Shown in pieces: positions 41,401 to 50,381 of a stretch of 64,000 bases of DNA. The DNA is from an uncultured Solirubrobacteraceae bacterium (GTDB taxonomy: Bacteria; Actinomycetota; Thermoleophilia; Solirubrobacterales; Solirubrobacteraceae): positions 290,688 through 354,687 of the forward strand of contig CAZPQW010000001.1 in assembly GCA_964588985.1 (NCBI GenBank). The letters are read 5' to 3'. Made by a program: the position numbers and the translations under genes. The notes under the pieces were generated by a model. It had not been told where the DNA came from. It saw nothing but the letters and a program-made list of their open reading frames with translations, and searched no databases. The stretch's first letter is position 1; each line of letters starts with the position of its first letter.

Positions 41401-42434
41401 ACCGATGCGATGGTGCCGAGGCCGCCGGGGTTGGTGAGCGTGATGTTCGCGCCCACCAGATCGTCCGCTGTGAGGGAGTTGGTGCGCGCCTTCTCCACGA
41501 GCGCGTCGTAAGCGTCGAGGAACCCGTCGAAGCTGAGGCGCCCGGCGTCGGAGATCACGGGGACCATCAGCGTGCGCGAGCCGTCCTTCTTCTCCACGTC
41601 CACCGCGAGGCCGAGGTTCACCTGGCCGTCGATCACGCGATGGGGCTTGCCGTCGACCTCGTCGAAGTGGTTGCCCATGACGGGCATGTCCTCAGCTGAA
41701 CGCGCGATGGCATACGCAATGAGGTGGGTGAAGGAGACCTTGCGGGGTCCAGACTTCAGCTCGCGACGGCGCGCGTCCAGCACTGTGACTGTGAGCGTGC
41801 GGAAGCTCGTGGCGGTGGGGATCGAGCGCGACTGGTCCATGTAGCGCGCGAGCGCCGCCGCGCCTCCCTTCATCAGTTCCGAGCCGGCCGCGACCGCGGG
41901 CTTGCCATTGGCGGCGGCGCCGTTGGTCTTGGCAGCGCCGTTGCCGGCGGCAGCGGAGAGCACGTCGGCCTTCACGATCCGTCCGGCGGGCCCGCTGCCC
42001 TCGACGTTCGCGAGGTTCACGCCCTCGACGTTCGCGGCGCGCGCGGCCACCGGGGAGATCTTCGTGCCGTCGGGGATCTCGGTGGTGGATTCGGCGGTTG
42101 GTGTCGCGGCTGCGCCTCCCTCGGCGGCAGCGGACGAAGTCCCATCTCCAACAGCCGCGCCGGCCCCGTTCTCACCGGGCGCGAGGCGCGCGATCACCTG
42201 GCCGACGGTGACGGTGTCGCCCTCCTCGACGAGGATCTCGACGACGGTGCCGCTCGCGGGCGAGGGCAGCTCGAGGTCGACCTTGTCGGTGGAGATCTCG
42301 ACGATCGTGTCGTCGACCTTGATGAAGTCGCCGACCTTGACATGCCATTCGAGGAGTGTTCCCTCGGTTACAGACTCCCCAGCGGCAGGGGTGACCACGT
42401 CGATCGTCTGCTGACCCGTGGTGCCCGTTGCCAT
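38409..42434 (-). CDS. kgd: Multifunctional 2-oxoglutarate dehydrogenase, lipoyl-PSBD-E2-E1 fusion (Kgd/OdhA-like)
   Basis: Lipoyl domain (EISTDKV), E3-binding domain (ISPVAARAA..GSGPAGRIVKADV), E2 motif YDHRIIQG, E1 motifs GMAHRGRLN, HGDASFPGQG, WEAQFGDF. Confidence 0.93.
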   Translation of the reverse strand: MATGTTGQQTIDVVTPAAGESVTEGTLLEWHVKVGDFIKVDDTIVEISTDKVDLELPSPASGTVVEILVEEGDTVTVGQVIARLAPGENGAGAAVGDGTSSAAAEGGAAATPTAESTTEIPDGTKISPVAARAANVEGVNLANVEGSGPAGRIVKADVLSAAAGNGAAKTNGAAANGKPAVAAGSELMKGGAAALARYMDQSRSIPTATSFRTLTVTVLDARRRELKSGPRKVSFTHLIAYAIARSAEDMPVMGNHFDEVDGKPHRVIDGQVNLGLAVDVEKKDGSRTLMVPVISDAGRLSFDGFLDAYDALVEKARTNSLTADDLVGANITLTNPGGLGTIASVPRLMVGQGTIIATGSIAYPVGLGNIGEMIGAEKVMTMTSTYDHRIIQGAESGRFLARIEEYLQGEHAFYDDVFAALGVELGPVPALPAPAAAAAASAASATSADGAAVFSGGEEMLQAVHAASQFVSRVRSHGHLAARLDPLGSEPEGDPGLDPEALGLKPEIQAKLPARIFQMYVPGATLADALPHLRETYCGTIAYEIEHIASHRQRVWLREHIEAGAYRQELTSDERRTLLKRLVEVDALERFMHKAYLGQHQFSIEGLDMAVPMLDELIQLSAAHGGHEVVIGMAHRGRLNVLAHNLGRPYDTIFGEFEGASTLEAVTTIPQGGTGDVKYHHGTQGTYKLPAGGTIRVNLESNPSHLEYVSPVVEGATRAAQTSRKGPHAHQDTNAAVPIVIHGDASFPGQGVVSETLNLQALDGYKVGGTVHIITNNQIGFTTDPDDARSTRWASDLAKGFDVPIIHVNADDVRACISAVRLAFAFRQEFGHDVLIDLIGYRRFGHNESDEPAYTQPEMYAKIKSKKRVSELWADHLVAEGVVSQEEVERQAQEVWDNLTLLHQRLKSKIAAATEHGGEHSTGEYTLDRSPSPEVDTAVPEARLRALGEQLLRVPDGFTVHPKLVKQLERRREVLTAEDPTTTGIDWAHAEALAFASLLTEGVPLRLTGQDTERGTFSQRHMVLHDAKTGQTVCPIQTLPDALAPLELHNSPLSELACMGFEYGYSQEAPETLVLWEAQFGDFVNGAQVIVDQFIISGLAKWGQTSRLTLLLPHGYEGSGPEHSSARLERFLRAAAEGNIRVASPTTPAQYFHLLRRQARIAKQRPLVVMTPKSLLRLPQAASAIADMAEDTSFQPVLAEPGAQDDQVTRLVLCTGKVYYDLVGHPDRPAHPGLAVARVELLYPFPEKQILALMARYPNLTEVLWVQEEPRNMGARAHMFPRLMQIMPTEMHFGYIGRPERASPGEGYPAAHAKEQNRIVTAAIDLRQPISQFPKKQPGER

Positions 42435-42446
42435 CGGTTCCTCACT

Positions 42447-42764
42447 CTAGCGCGGCTGGCGCTGGCGCTGCTCGCGGATGAACTCATAGCTACCAAAGAA
42501 CGGCCCTATGCCTCCCAGCACAGCGACCGCAACGGCAAGCCGCAGCGAGACCACACGCAACCGCGCGGCGGCGATGCACGTGAGAGACATGGCGATCCAA
42601 AGCAGCCCGTGACTGAGGCCGAGGACGAACGTGAGCGGCTCGGGGTTGCCGGCGGCGAAGGCGCAGACGAGAAGTGCGAGATACACGCACGAGTGTGTGA
42701 ACGAGGCCCACTTCAGTCGTGTGAAGCTGAGCGGCCCGGCGCTCGCGCGCAGCTGTGCGCTCAC
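42447..42764 (-). CDS. Small membrane protein (DUF3817-like), 105 aa
   Basis: GTG overlaps the NUDIX TGA. Three hydrophobic segments, LSHGLLWI, GPFFGSYEF. Confidence 0.65.
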   Translation of the reverse strand: MSAQLRASAGPLSFTRLKWASFTHSCVYLALLVCAFAAGNPEPLTFVLGLSHGLLWIAMSLTCIAAARLRVVSLRLAVAVAVLGGIGPFFGSYEFIREQRQRQPR

Positions 42765-43441
42765 TCCGCCGACAGCCAACGGGCCATCCTGGCCAGCGGT
42801 TCCCCGGCCTCGGCGGGCCAGTCGTCGATGTCGGCCGGCCACCAGGCGAACTCGTCGTGCTCGTGGTCGGGTGTGACGGTCTCGTCGACCCCCTCGGCGA
42901 GCCACGCCTGCCCGACGAACATGACCATCTGGTGCGGCAGTCGCAGCAGAGCCTCCCCGCGCACGCGCGCCGGCACCACCGACCACTCCTCCTGCAGCTC
43001 GCGCACGAGCGTGTCGGCTGGGCTCTCGCCGAGGTCGACGGCGCCACCGGCGCCGAGCGCCCAGCGTCCCGCCCACGAGGACACCCACGCGGCGCGGCGG
43101 CCGGCCAGCCAACGTCCGTCGGCGGAGCGGGTGACGCACAGCGCGGCGACGCTGCTCGACGCGTCCTCGGGGACCAGGCGCAGCGCCCAGCGCAGCGGCT
43201 GCAGCTCGATCGAGATCCCGCCGTTCTCGGCCTGGTAGCTGACGAGGCGCGCGGCGACGCCGTCGTGGCTCGGCGATCCGCGGTCCTGGAGCGCCTTGAT
43301 GGCGGCGTCGGCGGCCTCGGTGTGGGAGGGCGGCGCCTGGAAGGCATCCTCGCGCCAGCGCGCGTGGATCTGCTCGATCGCCCACGGGCCGCGGGCGAGG
43401 ATCTCGGGCGCCTGGCTTCCGTTCTCGGCTTGCTCGGCCAT
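42761..43441 (-). CDS. NUDIX hydrolase
   Basis: GGAVDLGESPADTLVRELQEEW Nudix box. Start ATG 43441 lies within the longer ORF in the track. Confidence 0.85.
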   Translation of the reverse strand: MAEQAENGSQAPEILARGPWAIEQIHARWREDAFQAPPSHTEAADAAIKALQDRGSPSHDGVAARLVSYQAENGGISIELQPLRWALRLVPEDASSSVAALCVTRSADGRWLAGRRAAWVSSWAGRWALGAGGAVDLGESPADTLVRELQEEWSVVPARVRGEALLRLPHQMVMFVGQAWLAEGVDETVTPDHEHDEFAWWPADIDDWPAEAGEPLARMARWLSAE

Positions 43442-43519
43442 GTAACGGAAGGCTAGTGAATGTGCGCGTCGCGACGGTGAAGGCGGTGAGAACGCCGCTT
43501 GCGCATACACTCGCGCACT

Positions 43520-45127
43520 GTGAGCGGCCGGCGGCGCAAGCACTGGGGGTGGGGGTTCGAGGACCAGCAGCCTCCGCTGGAGCAGGTGCGCGAGCAGGCG
43601 GCGGCGCTCGGCGCGCACCTGGGGATGGAGCTGGGCGAGGCGGAGCAGCCGGTGGCGCTGGAGGCGCTGACGCTCCCCGAGCCGCGTGTGGCCGCGCCGG
43701 CGGCGCTCGCGGAGATCTGCTCGCAGGACGTGCACGCCCGCGCGACGCACGCGCTCGGCAAGTCCTACTCCGACGTGGTGCGCGGCTTTCGCGGACGCTT
43801 CGACCACGTACCGGACGTGGTGGCTCGTCCTCGCGACGAGATCGATATTGAGAGGGTTCTCGAGTGGTGTTCGGGGGCTGGTGTGGCGGTGATCCCGTTC
43901 GGCGGTGGAACGTCGGTCGTGGGAGGCGTGACGCCGGACGTTGGCGGCGGCTACAACGGCACGGTGTCGCTCGACCTGGGCGCGCTCGATCGGGTGCTCG
44001 AGGTGGACGAGGTCTCGCGCGCGGCGCTGATCCAGGCGGGCACGTTCGGCCCGAGCCTCGAGTCCCAGCTCGGCGAGCGCGGATTGACGTTGCGCCACTT
44101 CCCGCAGTCGTTCGAGTTCTCCACTCTGGGCGGCTGGATCGCGACGCGCGCGGCGGGGCACTTCGCGACGGTGTGGACGCACATCGAGGATCTGGTGGAG
44201 TCGGTGCGCGCGATCACGCCGGCGGGCGCGTGGGAGTCCCGGCGGCTGCCGGGCTCGGGCGCGGGGCCGAGCCCCGACCGGATGCTGGTGGGCTCGGAAG
44301 GCGCGCTGGGGGTGATCACGCAGGCGTGGGTGCGCGTGCAGCCGCGCCCCTCGCACCGCAGCTCGGCGGGCGTGCGCTTCGAGAGCTTCCACGCGGGGGC
44401 GGAGTGCGTGCGCGCGATCTCGCAGTCGGGGCTGCATCCGTCGAACTGCCGCCTGCTGGACGCGGGCGAGGCGGCGCTGACGCTGGCGGGGGACGGATCG
44501 CACGCGCTGCTGGTGCTGGGCTTCGAGTCGACGGACCACCCGGTGGACGAGTCGATGGCGCGGGCGCTGGAGCTGTGCGCGGAGCACGGCGGCAGGACGA
44601 ACGAGAGCGGTGGGGGCGGGGGTGGGGGCTCGGGCGGCGACGCGGTGGGCTCGTGGCGCGAGGCGTTCCTCGGCGCGCCGTTCCTGCGCGACACGATGGT
44701 CGCGGCGGGCGTGCTGGCGGAGACGTTCGAGACGGCGGTGACGTGGGATCGCTTCGCTGCGTTCCACGAGCGCGTGACGGCGGCCGCGGAAGACGCTTTG
44801 CGCGAGGCGTGCGGCGAGGGCGGGAAAGTGTTCTGCCGCTTCACCCACGTCTACCCGGACGGCCCGGCCCCCTACTTCACGGTGCTCGCGCCGGCGCGCA
44901 GGGGCGAGGAGGTCGAGCAGTGGGCGACGGTCAAGCGCGCTGTGTCCGACGCGCTGCTCGCGGAGGGCGGGACGATCACCCACCACCACGCGGTGGGGCG
45001 CGATCACCGGCCGTGGTATGACCGCCAGCGCCCGGAGCCGTTCGCGCTGGCGCTGCGCGGGGCGAAGGCGGCGGTGGACCCGGCGGGGATAATGAACCCC
45101 GGCGTGCTGATCGACCCGCTTTCATGA
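43520..45127 (+). CDS. FAD-linked oxidoreductase (alkyl-DHAP synthase-like, VAO family)
   Basis: KHWGWG, PFGGGTSVVGG, HFPQSFEFSTLGGW, GSEGALGVIT, THHHAVG, IMNPG. Confidence 0.9.
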   Translation: MSGRRRKHWGWGFEDQQPPLEQVREQAAALGAHLGMELGEAEQPVALEALTLPEPRVAAPAALAEICSQDVHARATHALGKSYSDVVRGFRGRFDHVPDVVARPRDEIDIERVLEWCSGAGVAVIPFGGGTSVVGGVTPDVGGGYNGTVSLDLGALDRVLEVDEVSRAALIQAGTFGPSLESQLGERGLTLRHFPQSFEFSTLGGWIATRAAGHFATVWTHIEDLVESVRAITPAGAWESRRLPGSGAGPSPDRMLVGSEGALGVITQAWVRVQPRPSHRSSAGVRFESFHAGAECVRAISQSGLHPSNCRLLDAGEAALTLAGDGSHALLVLGFESTDHPVDESMARALELCAEHGGRTNESGGGGGGGSGGDAVGSWREAFLGAPFLRDTMVAAGVLAETFETAVTWDRFAAFHERVTAAAEDALREACGEGGKVFCRFTHVYPDGPAPYFTVLAPARRGEEVEQWATVKRAVSDALLAEGGTITHHHAVGRDHRPWYDRQRPEPFALALRGAKAAVDPAGIMNPGVLIDPLS

Positions 45128-46032
45128 AGGTCGCGATCCTCGGCCCCGGCGGGGTGGGCGGGCTGCTGGCGGGCGTGCTCGAACGCACCGGCACCGACGT
45201 GGTGATCGTGGCGCGCGAGTCGACCGCGCAGACGATCTCCGAGCGCGGCCTGCATGTGGACAGCGTGATGTTCGGCGAGTTCCTCGCACACCCGCGTGCG
45301 GTTGCTCGGCTGGAGGAGCCGGTGGACGCGCTGATCGTGGCGACGAAGGCGTCGGGCCTGGCGCCGGCGCTGGAGCGGATCGCGACCGAGCCTCCGTTGG
45401 TGCTGCCGCTGCTGAACGGTCTGGACCACATGGCGGTGCTGCGCGAGCGCTTTTCTCCGGAGAAAGTGCTCGCGGGCGCGATCCGCGTGGAGGCGGACAG
45501 ACCGGCGCCGGGGGTGATCGTGCACACGAGCCTGTTCCTGCTGGTGGACATGGCGGCGGGCGAGGAGAGCGCGCGGGCTGGGATGGAGGCGCTCGAAAAG
45601 GCGCTCACGACGGCGGGCGTGCCGGTGCGCACGACGAACTCCCAGGCGCAGGTGATGTGGTCGAAGCTGGTGCGGCTGAACGCGCTGGCGTGCACGACGA
45701 GCGCATACGACAAGCTGCTCGGCGAGATCCGCTCGACCCCGGAGCTGCGCGCCGATCTGGAGGGCGCGATCGCGGAGGCGTGCGCGGTCGGCCAGGCGGA
45801 GGGCGCGGCGGACGTGGATCCGGCGACGGCGATCGCGGAGCTGGAACTGGCGCACGACACGCTCGGCAGCTCGATGCAGCGCGACATCGCCTCCGGGCGC
45901 ACGCCGGAGCTGGACGCGATCCCGGGGTCGGTGCTGCGTGCGGGCGCGCGTCACGGGATCGAGTGCCCGACGATCGAAAAGCTGGTGGCGAGGATCGAAG
46001 CGCGGATTCAGGCGGGCGCTTCGCGGTCGTGA
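45124..46032 (+). CDS. panE: 2-dehydropantoate 2-reductase family protein
   Basis: MKVAILGPGGVG, ATKA, LLNG, WSKL, SSMQRD, ELDAI. Confidence 0.85.
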   Translation: MKVAILGPGGVGGLLAGVLERTGTDVVIVARESTAQTISERGLHVDSVMFGEFLAHPRAVARLEEPVDALIVATKASGLAPALERIATEPPLVLPLLNGLDHMAVLRERFSPEKVLAGAIRVEADRPAPGVIVHTSLFLLVDMAAGEESARAGMEALEKALTTAGVPVRTTNSQAQVMWSKLVRLNALACTTSAYDKLLGEIRSTPELRADLEGAIAEACAVGQAEGAADVDPATAIAELELAHDTLGSSMQRDIASGRTPELDAIPGSVLRAGARHGIECPTIEKLVARIEARIQAGASRS

Positions 46033-47804
46033 CGTAGGACCTCGAGCAGTTCGGAGTAGGGGCCGACGAGGTAGGCGTCGTCGTCGGGCGCGAGGCGCGT
46101 GTCGCGCCTTGGCGGGTGCTCGAGCGCGACGGCGCTCGCGGCGCGACGGATGGCGGCGACGCGGATCGAGGCGGGCAGGTCGACCATGGCGAGTCCGTCG
46201 AGGCCGCCGCCGGCGCTGACGCGCAGGCGCGCGAGCAGGAACGGGTGGTTGCCGACGTAGAAGGTGAACAGCACCTCGAGGCCGAGCGCGGCGCCGACGA
46301 ACCACGGCGCGGCGATCGCGGAGGTGGACCACACGTGGCGGAAGCCGAAGCTCTGCTCGAGGCGGTGGCCGAGCTGACGGTCGAACACGCGCAGCACGAC
46401 GGGCACGTCGGTCCAGCGCTCACCGAGACGGTCGCGCACGGCGAGCCCGGTCTCGATGTTGGTGAGGTCGTCGGAGGTGAGGATCGCGACGGCGGCGGCG
46501 CTGTGCAGGTTGATCGACTCGAGCGTGCGCGCGAGCGTGGCGTCGCCGATCACGAGTGGAACTCCGAGCGAGCGCGCCTCGCCGAGGTAGGGGTTGCCCT
46601 CGGTGCGCTCGACCACGACGACCTCCTGCCCCTTGGCGAGCAGCCCCTCGAGCACCTGCATGCCGACCGCGCCGAGACCCACGAGCACGACGTGCCCGCG
46701 CATCCCGGGGATACGCTCGCGGCCGAGCGACTGCGCGATGCGGCGGCTGACGAGCGCGTTGGTGAGCAGCGCGAACAGCGTGGTGACGAGCGTGGTGCCG
46801 GCGACGATGAGGAAGATCCCGAACGCCTCGACCCACGTGGGCTGCCCGGAGAAGGAGAAGTCACCGAAGCCAACGGTGGCGACGGTCTCGACGGTGAAGT
46901 AGACGGCGTCGAGCAGCGGCAGCCCGCCGGGGTGGTGGTAGCCGAAGTGCAGCACCAGCGCGGAGACGACCAGCAGGCACAGGCCGAGCGCGGCGGCGAT
47001 CCGCAGCGGCCTGTCGGCGATGCTCGCGACGCTCCTCGCGGCGCGCGTGACGGCTCCCCGTGCGCGCATGGGCAGGCCGGCGATCTCGCCGGCGCGCTCG
47101 TGGCGGTGGCTGAGCCCCGCGCGGTCGAGCTCGTCGTGCGTGCCGAGCAGCGTGACGCGGTCCCTGGCGTGGACGGGCTGGTCGCGCCCGGGACAGGCGA
47201 TGAGCTCGTCGTGGGCGTCGGTGACGACGCCGATCGGGGCGAGGCTGCCGTATAGCTCGCGCAGCGTGCCGTCGCGCGGGGCGATGGTCTCGACCGCGAC
47301 GAAGCTGGTGTCGCCGATGGCGATGTCGCGCGCGCGGCGACCGACGCACGCTTCGACGACCGCGGGGGCGAACAGCGCGGCGACGTCGAGCACGCCGACG
47401 GAGCCGAGCACCTCCTCGACGGCGTGCGCGACAGCGGGGTTGTCGAGGTCGGCGACGACGCGCACGTCGGGGCGCAGGTCGCGGATCAGCAGCATCGTCT
47501 CCAGGGTGCGCAGGTCGGTGCTCTCGGCGCACACGACCGCGGAGGCGCCGAGGATGCCGGCGTCATACAGCGGGTCGCTCAGGTGCGCGCTGCGCGGGAG
47601 GTGCGGAATTCCCCAGCCGCGCACGACCCGCACGACCCGCTCGTCGGACTCATCGTCGAGGACCACGACGCGTGTGCCGGCGAGGTGCAGCTGCTCGACG
47701 GTGCGAAGCGCGACCGCGCCGAGACCGCAGACGATCACGTGACCGACCCACTCGCGAGGAGACTCCTCCGAGCTCTGGGGCTGGACGGTCAACTCCTCGG
47801 GCAC
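46008..47804 (-). CDS. Potassium channel protein with RCK (TrkA-N/C) domains on both sides of the pore
   Basis: GHVIVCGLG and GHVVLVGLG Rossmann motifs, pore motif YFTVETVATVGFGD. Confidence 0.88.
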   Translation of the reverse strand: MPEELTVQPQSSEESPREWVGHVIVCGLGAVALRTVEQLHLAGTRVVVLDDESDERVVRVVRGWGIPHLPRSAHLSDPLYDAGILGASAVVCAESTDLRTLETMLLIRDLRPDVRVVADLDNPAVAHAVEEVLGSVGVLDVAALFAPAVVEACVGRRARDIAIGDTSFVAVETIAPRDGTLRELYGSLAPIGVVTDAHDELIACPGRDQPVHARDRVTLLGTHDELDRAGLSHRHERAGEIAGLPMRARGAVTRAARSVASIADRPLRIAAALGLCLLVVSALVLHFGYHHPGGLPLLDAVYFTVETVATVGFGDFSFSGQPTWVEAFGIFLIVAGTTLVTTLFALLTNALVSRRIAQSLGRERIPGMRGHVVLVGLGAVGMQVLEGLLAKGQEVVVVERTEGNPYLGEARSLGVPLVIGDATLARTLESINLHSAAAVAILTSDDLTNIETGLAVRDRLGERWTDVPVVLRVFDRQLGHRLEQSFGFRHVWSTSAIAAPWFVGAALGLEVLFTFYVGNHPFLLARLRVSAGGGLDGLAMVDLPASIRVAAIRRAASAVALEHPPRRDTRLAPDDDAYLVGPYSELLEVLRHDREAPA

Positions 47805-47867
47805 GTCCTGGCATTGTCCGCGGCAGCGGCCGGGCTGGCGTTGGCCCGGCGTCCAAGATCGGGGCGG

Positions 47868-48203
47868 CTAGTGCTCTTCGAATGGAGAGCGGCCGGGCGA
47901 GCCGGGGGAGTACGCGGGGATGGCCTGCGTGGCGATCGCCTCGACCGCCTGCTCCTCCGCCTCGCTCAGCTCCTCCTCGTGATCGCCGTCGCACAGCACG
48001 CGGAAGTTGCCGGTGACGCCGCTGTCGGCGTGGATGGTGATGCCCGGCAGGATCTCCTCGCCCTCGTCGAGCCCGAGGCGCTCGAGGTCGAAGTGCGCGA
48101 GCCCGATCCCAAACGCGGTGTGCGTGGGGTTCTCGCGGTCGTGCGCCGCAACCGCCTGGGCGAAGCGCTCGAGGTTCTTGGCGATCTTGGCTGTGTCGGC
48201 CAT
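47868..48203 (-). CDS. Hypothetical acidic protein, 111 aa
   Basis: ATG with GAAAG upstream and GC3-rich codons. No recognised motif. Confidence 0.7.
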   Translation of the reverse strand: MADTAKIAKNLERFAQAVAAHDRENPTHTAFGIGLAHFDLERLGLDEGEEILPGITIHADSGVTGNFRVLCDGDHEEELSEAEEQAVEAIATQAIPAYSPGSPGRSPFEEH

Positions 48204-48243
48204 CGCTTTCGGAGGGTAGCGCGGCGGGCTGTAGATTGGCGCG

Positions 48244-48855
48244 ATGCGTGCACGTCTGCGCTTGGCGCTCTCCCTGCGTGTCCTGCCCGCGCGGGTCGCC
48301 CTCTTCTACTGGCGCGCGCAGCGGCTGGCTCGCCGAGACGACGACCGCTTCAGCCTGGCCTCGGCGGCGCGGCCCGCGGAGCTGGCCGAGCTGCTGAGCC
48401 TCGCTCGTGGTCGCGGGGCGGTCGTGGAGCTGGGTACGGGAACGGCATGGAGCGCGATCGCGCTCGCACTCGACGACCCGGTGCGAAGGGTCATCAGCTA
48501 CGACCCTTGCGTGCGGGTCGAGCGCGAGGGCTATGTGGTTCTCGCTGGCCAGGGCGTGCGCGAGCGGATCGAGCTGCGCGAGGAGCCCGACAGCAACGGG
48601 CCGCACGCGGGCGATGCGCCGGTGGAGATGCTGTTCATCGACTCACATCACGAACGCGAGCCGGTGGTGAGCGCCTTTCGCGCGTGGAGAGACGCGCTCG
48701 CACCGAACGCGGTGGTGGTGTTCCACGACTACGGGCACCCGGACTATCCCGGCGTGGCGGAGGGGATCGCGGACATGGGGCTGAGCGGGGTCGAGAACGG
48801 GGGGCTGTTTGTTTGGCGGGTGGCGGCTGGGGGTGCGGTCGAGGCTGCTCGGTGA
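48244..48855 (+). CDS. Class I SAM-dependent methyltransferase (Methyltransf_24-like)
   Basis: VVELGTGTAWS, LFIDSHH, VVVFHDY, PGV. Confidence 0.85.
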   Translation: MRARLRLALSLRVLPARVALFYWRAQRLARRDDDRFSLASAARPAELAELLSLARGRGAVVELGTGTAWSAIALALDDPVRRVISYDPCVRVEREGYVVLAGQGVRERIELREEPDSNGPHAGDAPVEMLFIDSHHEREPVVSAFRAWRDALAPNAVVVFHDYGHPDYPGVAEGIADMGLSGVENGGLFVWRVAAGGAVEAAR

Positions 48856-48906
48856 GCGATAGATAAGGCCCGTCGAGCACTACGATCTCAGACTGGAAGA
48901 CAAGCC

Positions 48907-49098
48907 ATGAGCGACTACCACATCAACCTCTTCTACAGCGAGGAGGATGCGGCCTACGTGGCCGACATCCCCGCTTTGGAGGCGTGCTCGGCGTTCGGTG
49001 CCACGGCCGAGGCCGCTCTCGCAGAGGTTGATCAAGCCAAACGTGTCTGGCTTGATGCGGCCAAGGAGGCTGGCCGTCCGATCCCTGAGCCGCGATAG
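48907..49098 (+). CDS. Short HicB-like antitoxin domain protein, 63 aa
   Basis: YHINLFYSEEDAAYVADIPALEACSAFGAT..EALAE...WL......GRPIPEP. Confidence 0.85.
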   Translation: MSDYHINLFYSEEDAAYVADIPALEACSAFGATAEAALAEVDQAKRVWLDAAKEAGRPIPEPR

Positions 49099-49165
49099 CC
49101 GGTCGACGAGGAAGGCGCGAAGTCCCAACCGTTCCGACAACGTTGATCCATAGGATGGGGCATCT

Positions 49166-50278
49166 GTGAACGCAGAGCGACTACACACGGCGGCGAAAGC
49201 TCTCGTGGCCGAGACAGACGGGACCGCGGGCCACCTGCAGGAGCTGCGCAGTGCCGTGCGGCAGGCTGCGAATAACCCGGGCGATGGGGCTAGTCAGCAA
49301 CAGGTCGCCCCGCTGCGTGACGCGCTTTTCAAATGGCTCGACCGTGCGCCTTCGGAGGAAATGACTGCTCTCGAACGCGAAGCCCTCAAGGAGCTCAACG
49401 TCGAGCCCCTCTTGGGCAATCAGCTGCGCAAACGAGTCGAAACGGTCTTCAGGCGCAACGGGGTAACGCCCTCGATGGCCGCCGACGAACTGGACGAGCT
49501 GGTGGCTGCGCTCGAGGAGCTAAGGGGATCGCTTGGCTATTTGATCCAAGCGTTCGCCTATTTCAGCATCGGTGCTGACACGCTCGAAGCGGGAGAAGTT
49601 GAGGTTAGTGTTCTTGTACCCCGCGGTGCCGTTCACGAGGGCCTTGCCGCGCTCGGACAAGAGTTCATCAGCATCAAGAAAATCATTGACCCATTTAGTG
49701 AGCTACTAACCGGTTCTCGTGACGACGTGACGGTGAGGACGATCGCGTCGTCGGAGTTCGAGATCTTCGTAGCGCTCGCACCGGTCGTCGCTGCGCATTT
49801 CGCTAAGGCCGTCGAAACCGTTCTTAACATCTACGAAAAAGTCCACAGCATCCGAAAAGCCAGCGAGGAACTCGAGAAGACGGGCGTTGAGCCTTCGGTG
49901 GTGGCGCTCCTTCAGGAGCAGGCCAAGACGATCACAAGAAACGAGATAAACGTCTTTGTCGAGAATCTCCTCGGCGAAATTCAGATGGATGACGAGGCAC
50001 GCCGGAACGAGCTGCGTATTGACCTAGCAAAGCAGCTCGTGGAGCTAGCGACGCGGCTCGACCACGGATACAAAGTCGATCTTAACGCGGCGGCTTTGCC
50101 TCTGCCTGCTGCGGGTGAGTCCGAGCCAAGCGGTCGGCCCGCCCAACGAGCCGCAGTCGAAGAGGTCATCTCGGCGCGAGGGCGACTGAAGGCGTTTAAG
50201 CTTACTGGCAAGCCGATCCTAGCTTTGCCGGAATCGGCGAGTTCGGAGGGCCAAGCCAGCGAGGGCGAGGTCAGCTAG
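49166..50278 (+). CDS. Hypothetical protein, 370 aa, atypical codon usage
   Basis: Long ORF with visibly more A/T-ending codons than neighbouring genes. Helical/coiled composition. No recognised motif. Confidence 0.75.
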   Translation: MNAERLHTAAKALVAETDGTAGHLQELRSAVRQAANNPGDGASQQQVAPLRDALFKWLDRAPSEEMTALEREALKELNVEPLLGNQLRKRVETVFRRNGVTPSMAADELDELVAALEELRGSLGYLIQAFAYFSIGADTLEAGEVEVSVLVPRGAVHEGLAALGQEFISIKKIIDPFSELLTGSRDDVTVRTIASSEFEIFVALAPVVAAHFAKAVETVLNIYEKVHSIRKASEELEKTGVEPSVVALLQEQAKTITRNEINVFVENLLGEIQMDDEARRNELRIDLAKQLVELATRLDHGYKVDLNAAALPLPAAGESEPSGRPAQRAAVEEVISARGRLKAFKLTGKPILALPESASSEGQASEGEVS

Positions 50279-50285
50279 GCCAGCG

Positions 50286-50327
50286 TTACATTGACGGCTG
50301 CTCGATGAACTCGATCCGACACCCGTC
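50286..50327 (-). repeat. Degenerate copy of the glyoxalase 3' end (DGCRIEFIEQPSM*)
   Basis: 23/27 nt identical to the glyoxalase codons for DGYRIELIE (manual count), in frame to its own stop. Confidence 0.75.
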
Positions 50328-50381
50328 AAGGTAGTTACCAGTTTGCAACTCGTCCGACGCCCCGGCTGACCTGTGGCGGAT

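Noticed and set aside
42761-45007. 748-aa NUDIX fusion ORF
   Set aside because: The N-terminal part is the antisense of the FAD oxidoreductase. The NUDIX gene starts at 43441.
48244-48855. Methyltransferase as the modification partner of the PD-(D/E)xK nuclease
   Set aside because: It has small-molecule Methyltransf_24-type motifs, no DPPY/NPPY/PC DNA-methyltransferase motif, host-like codons, and lies 3 kb away.
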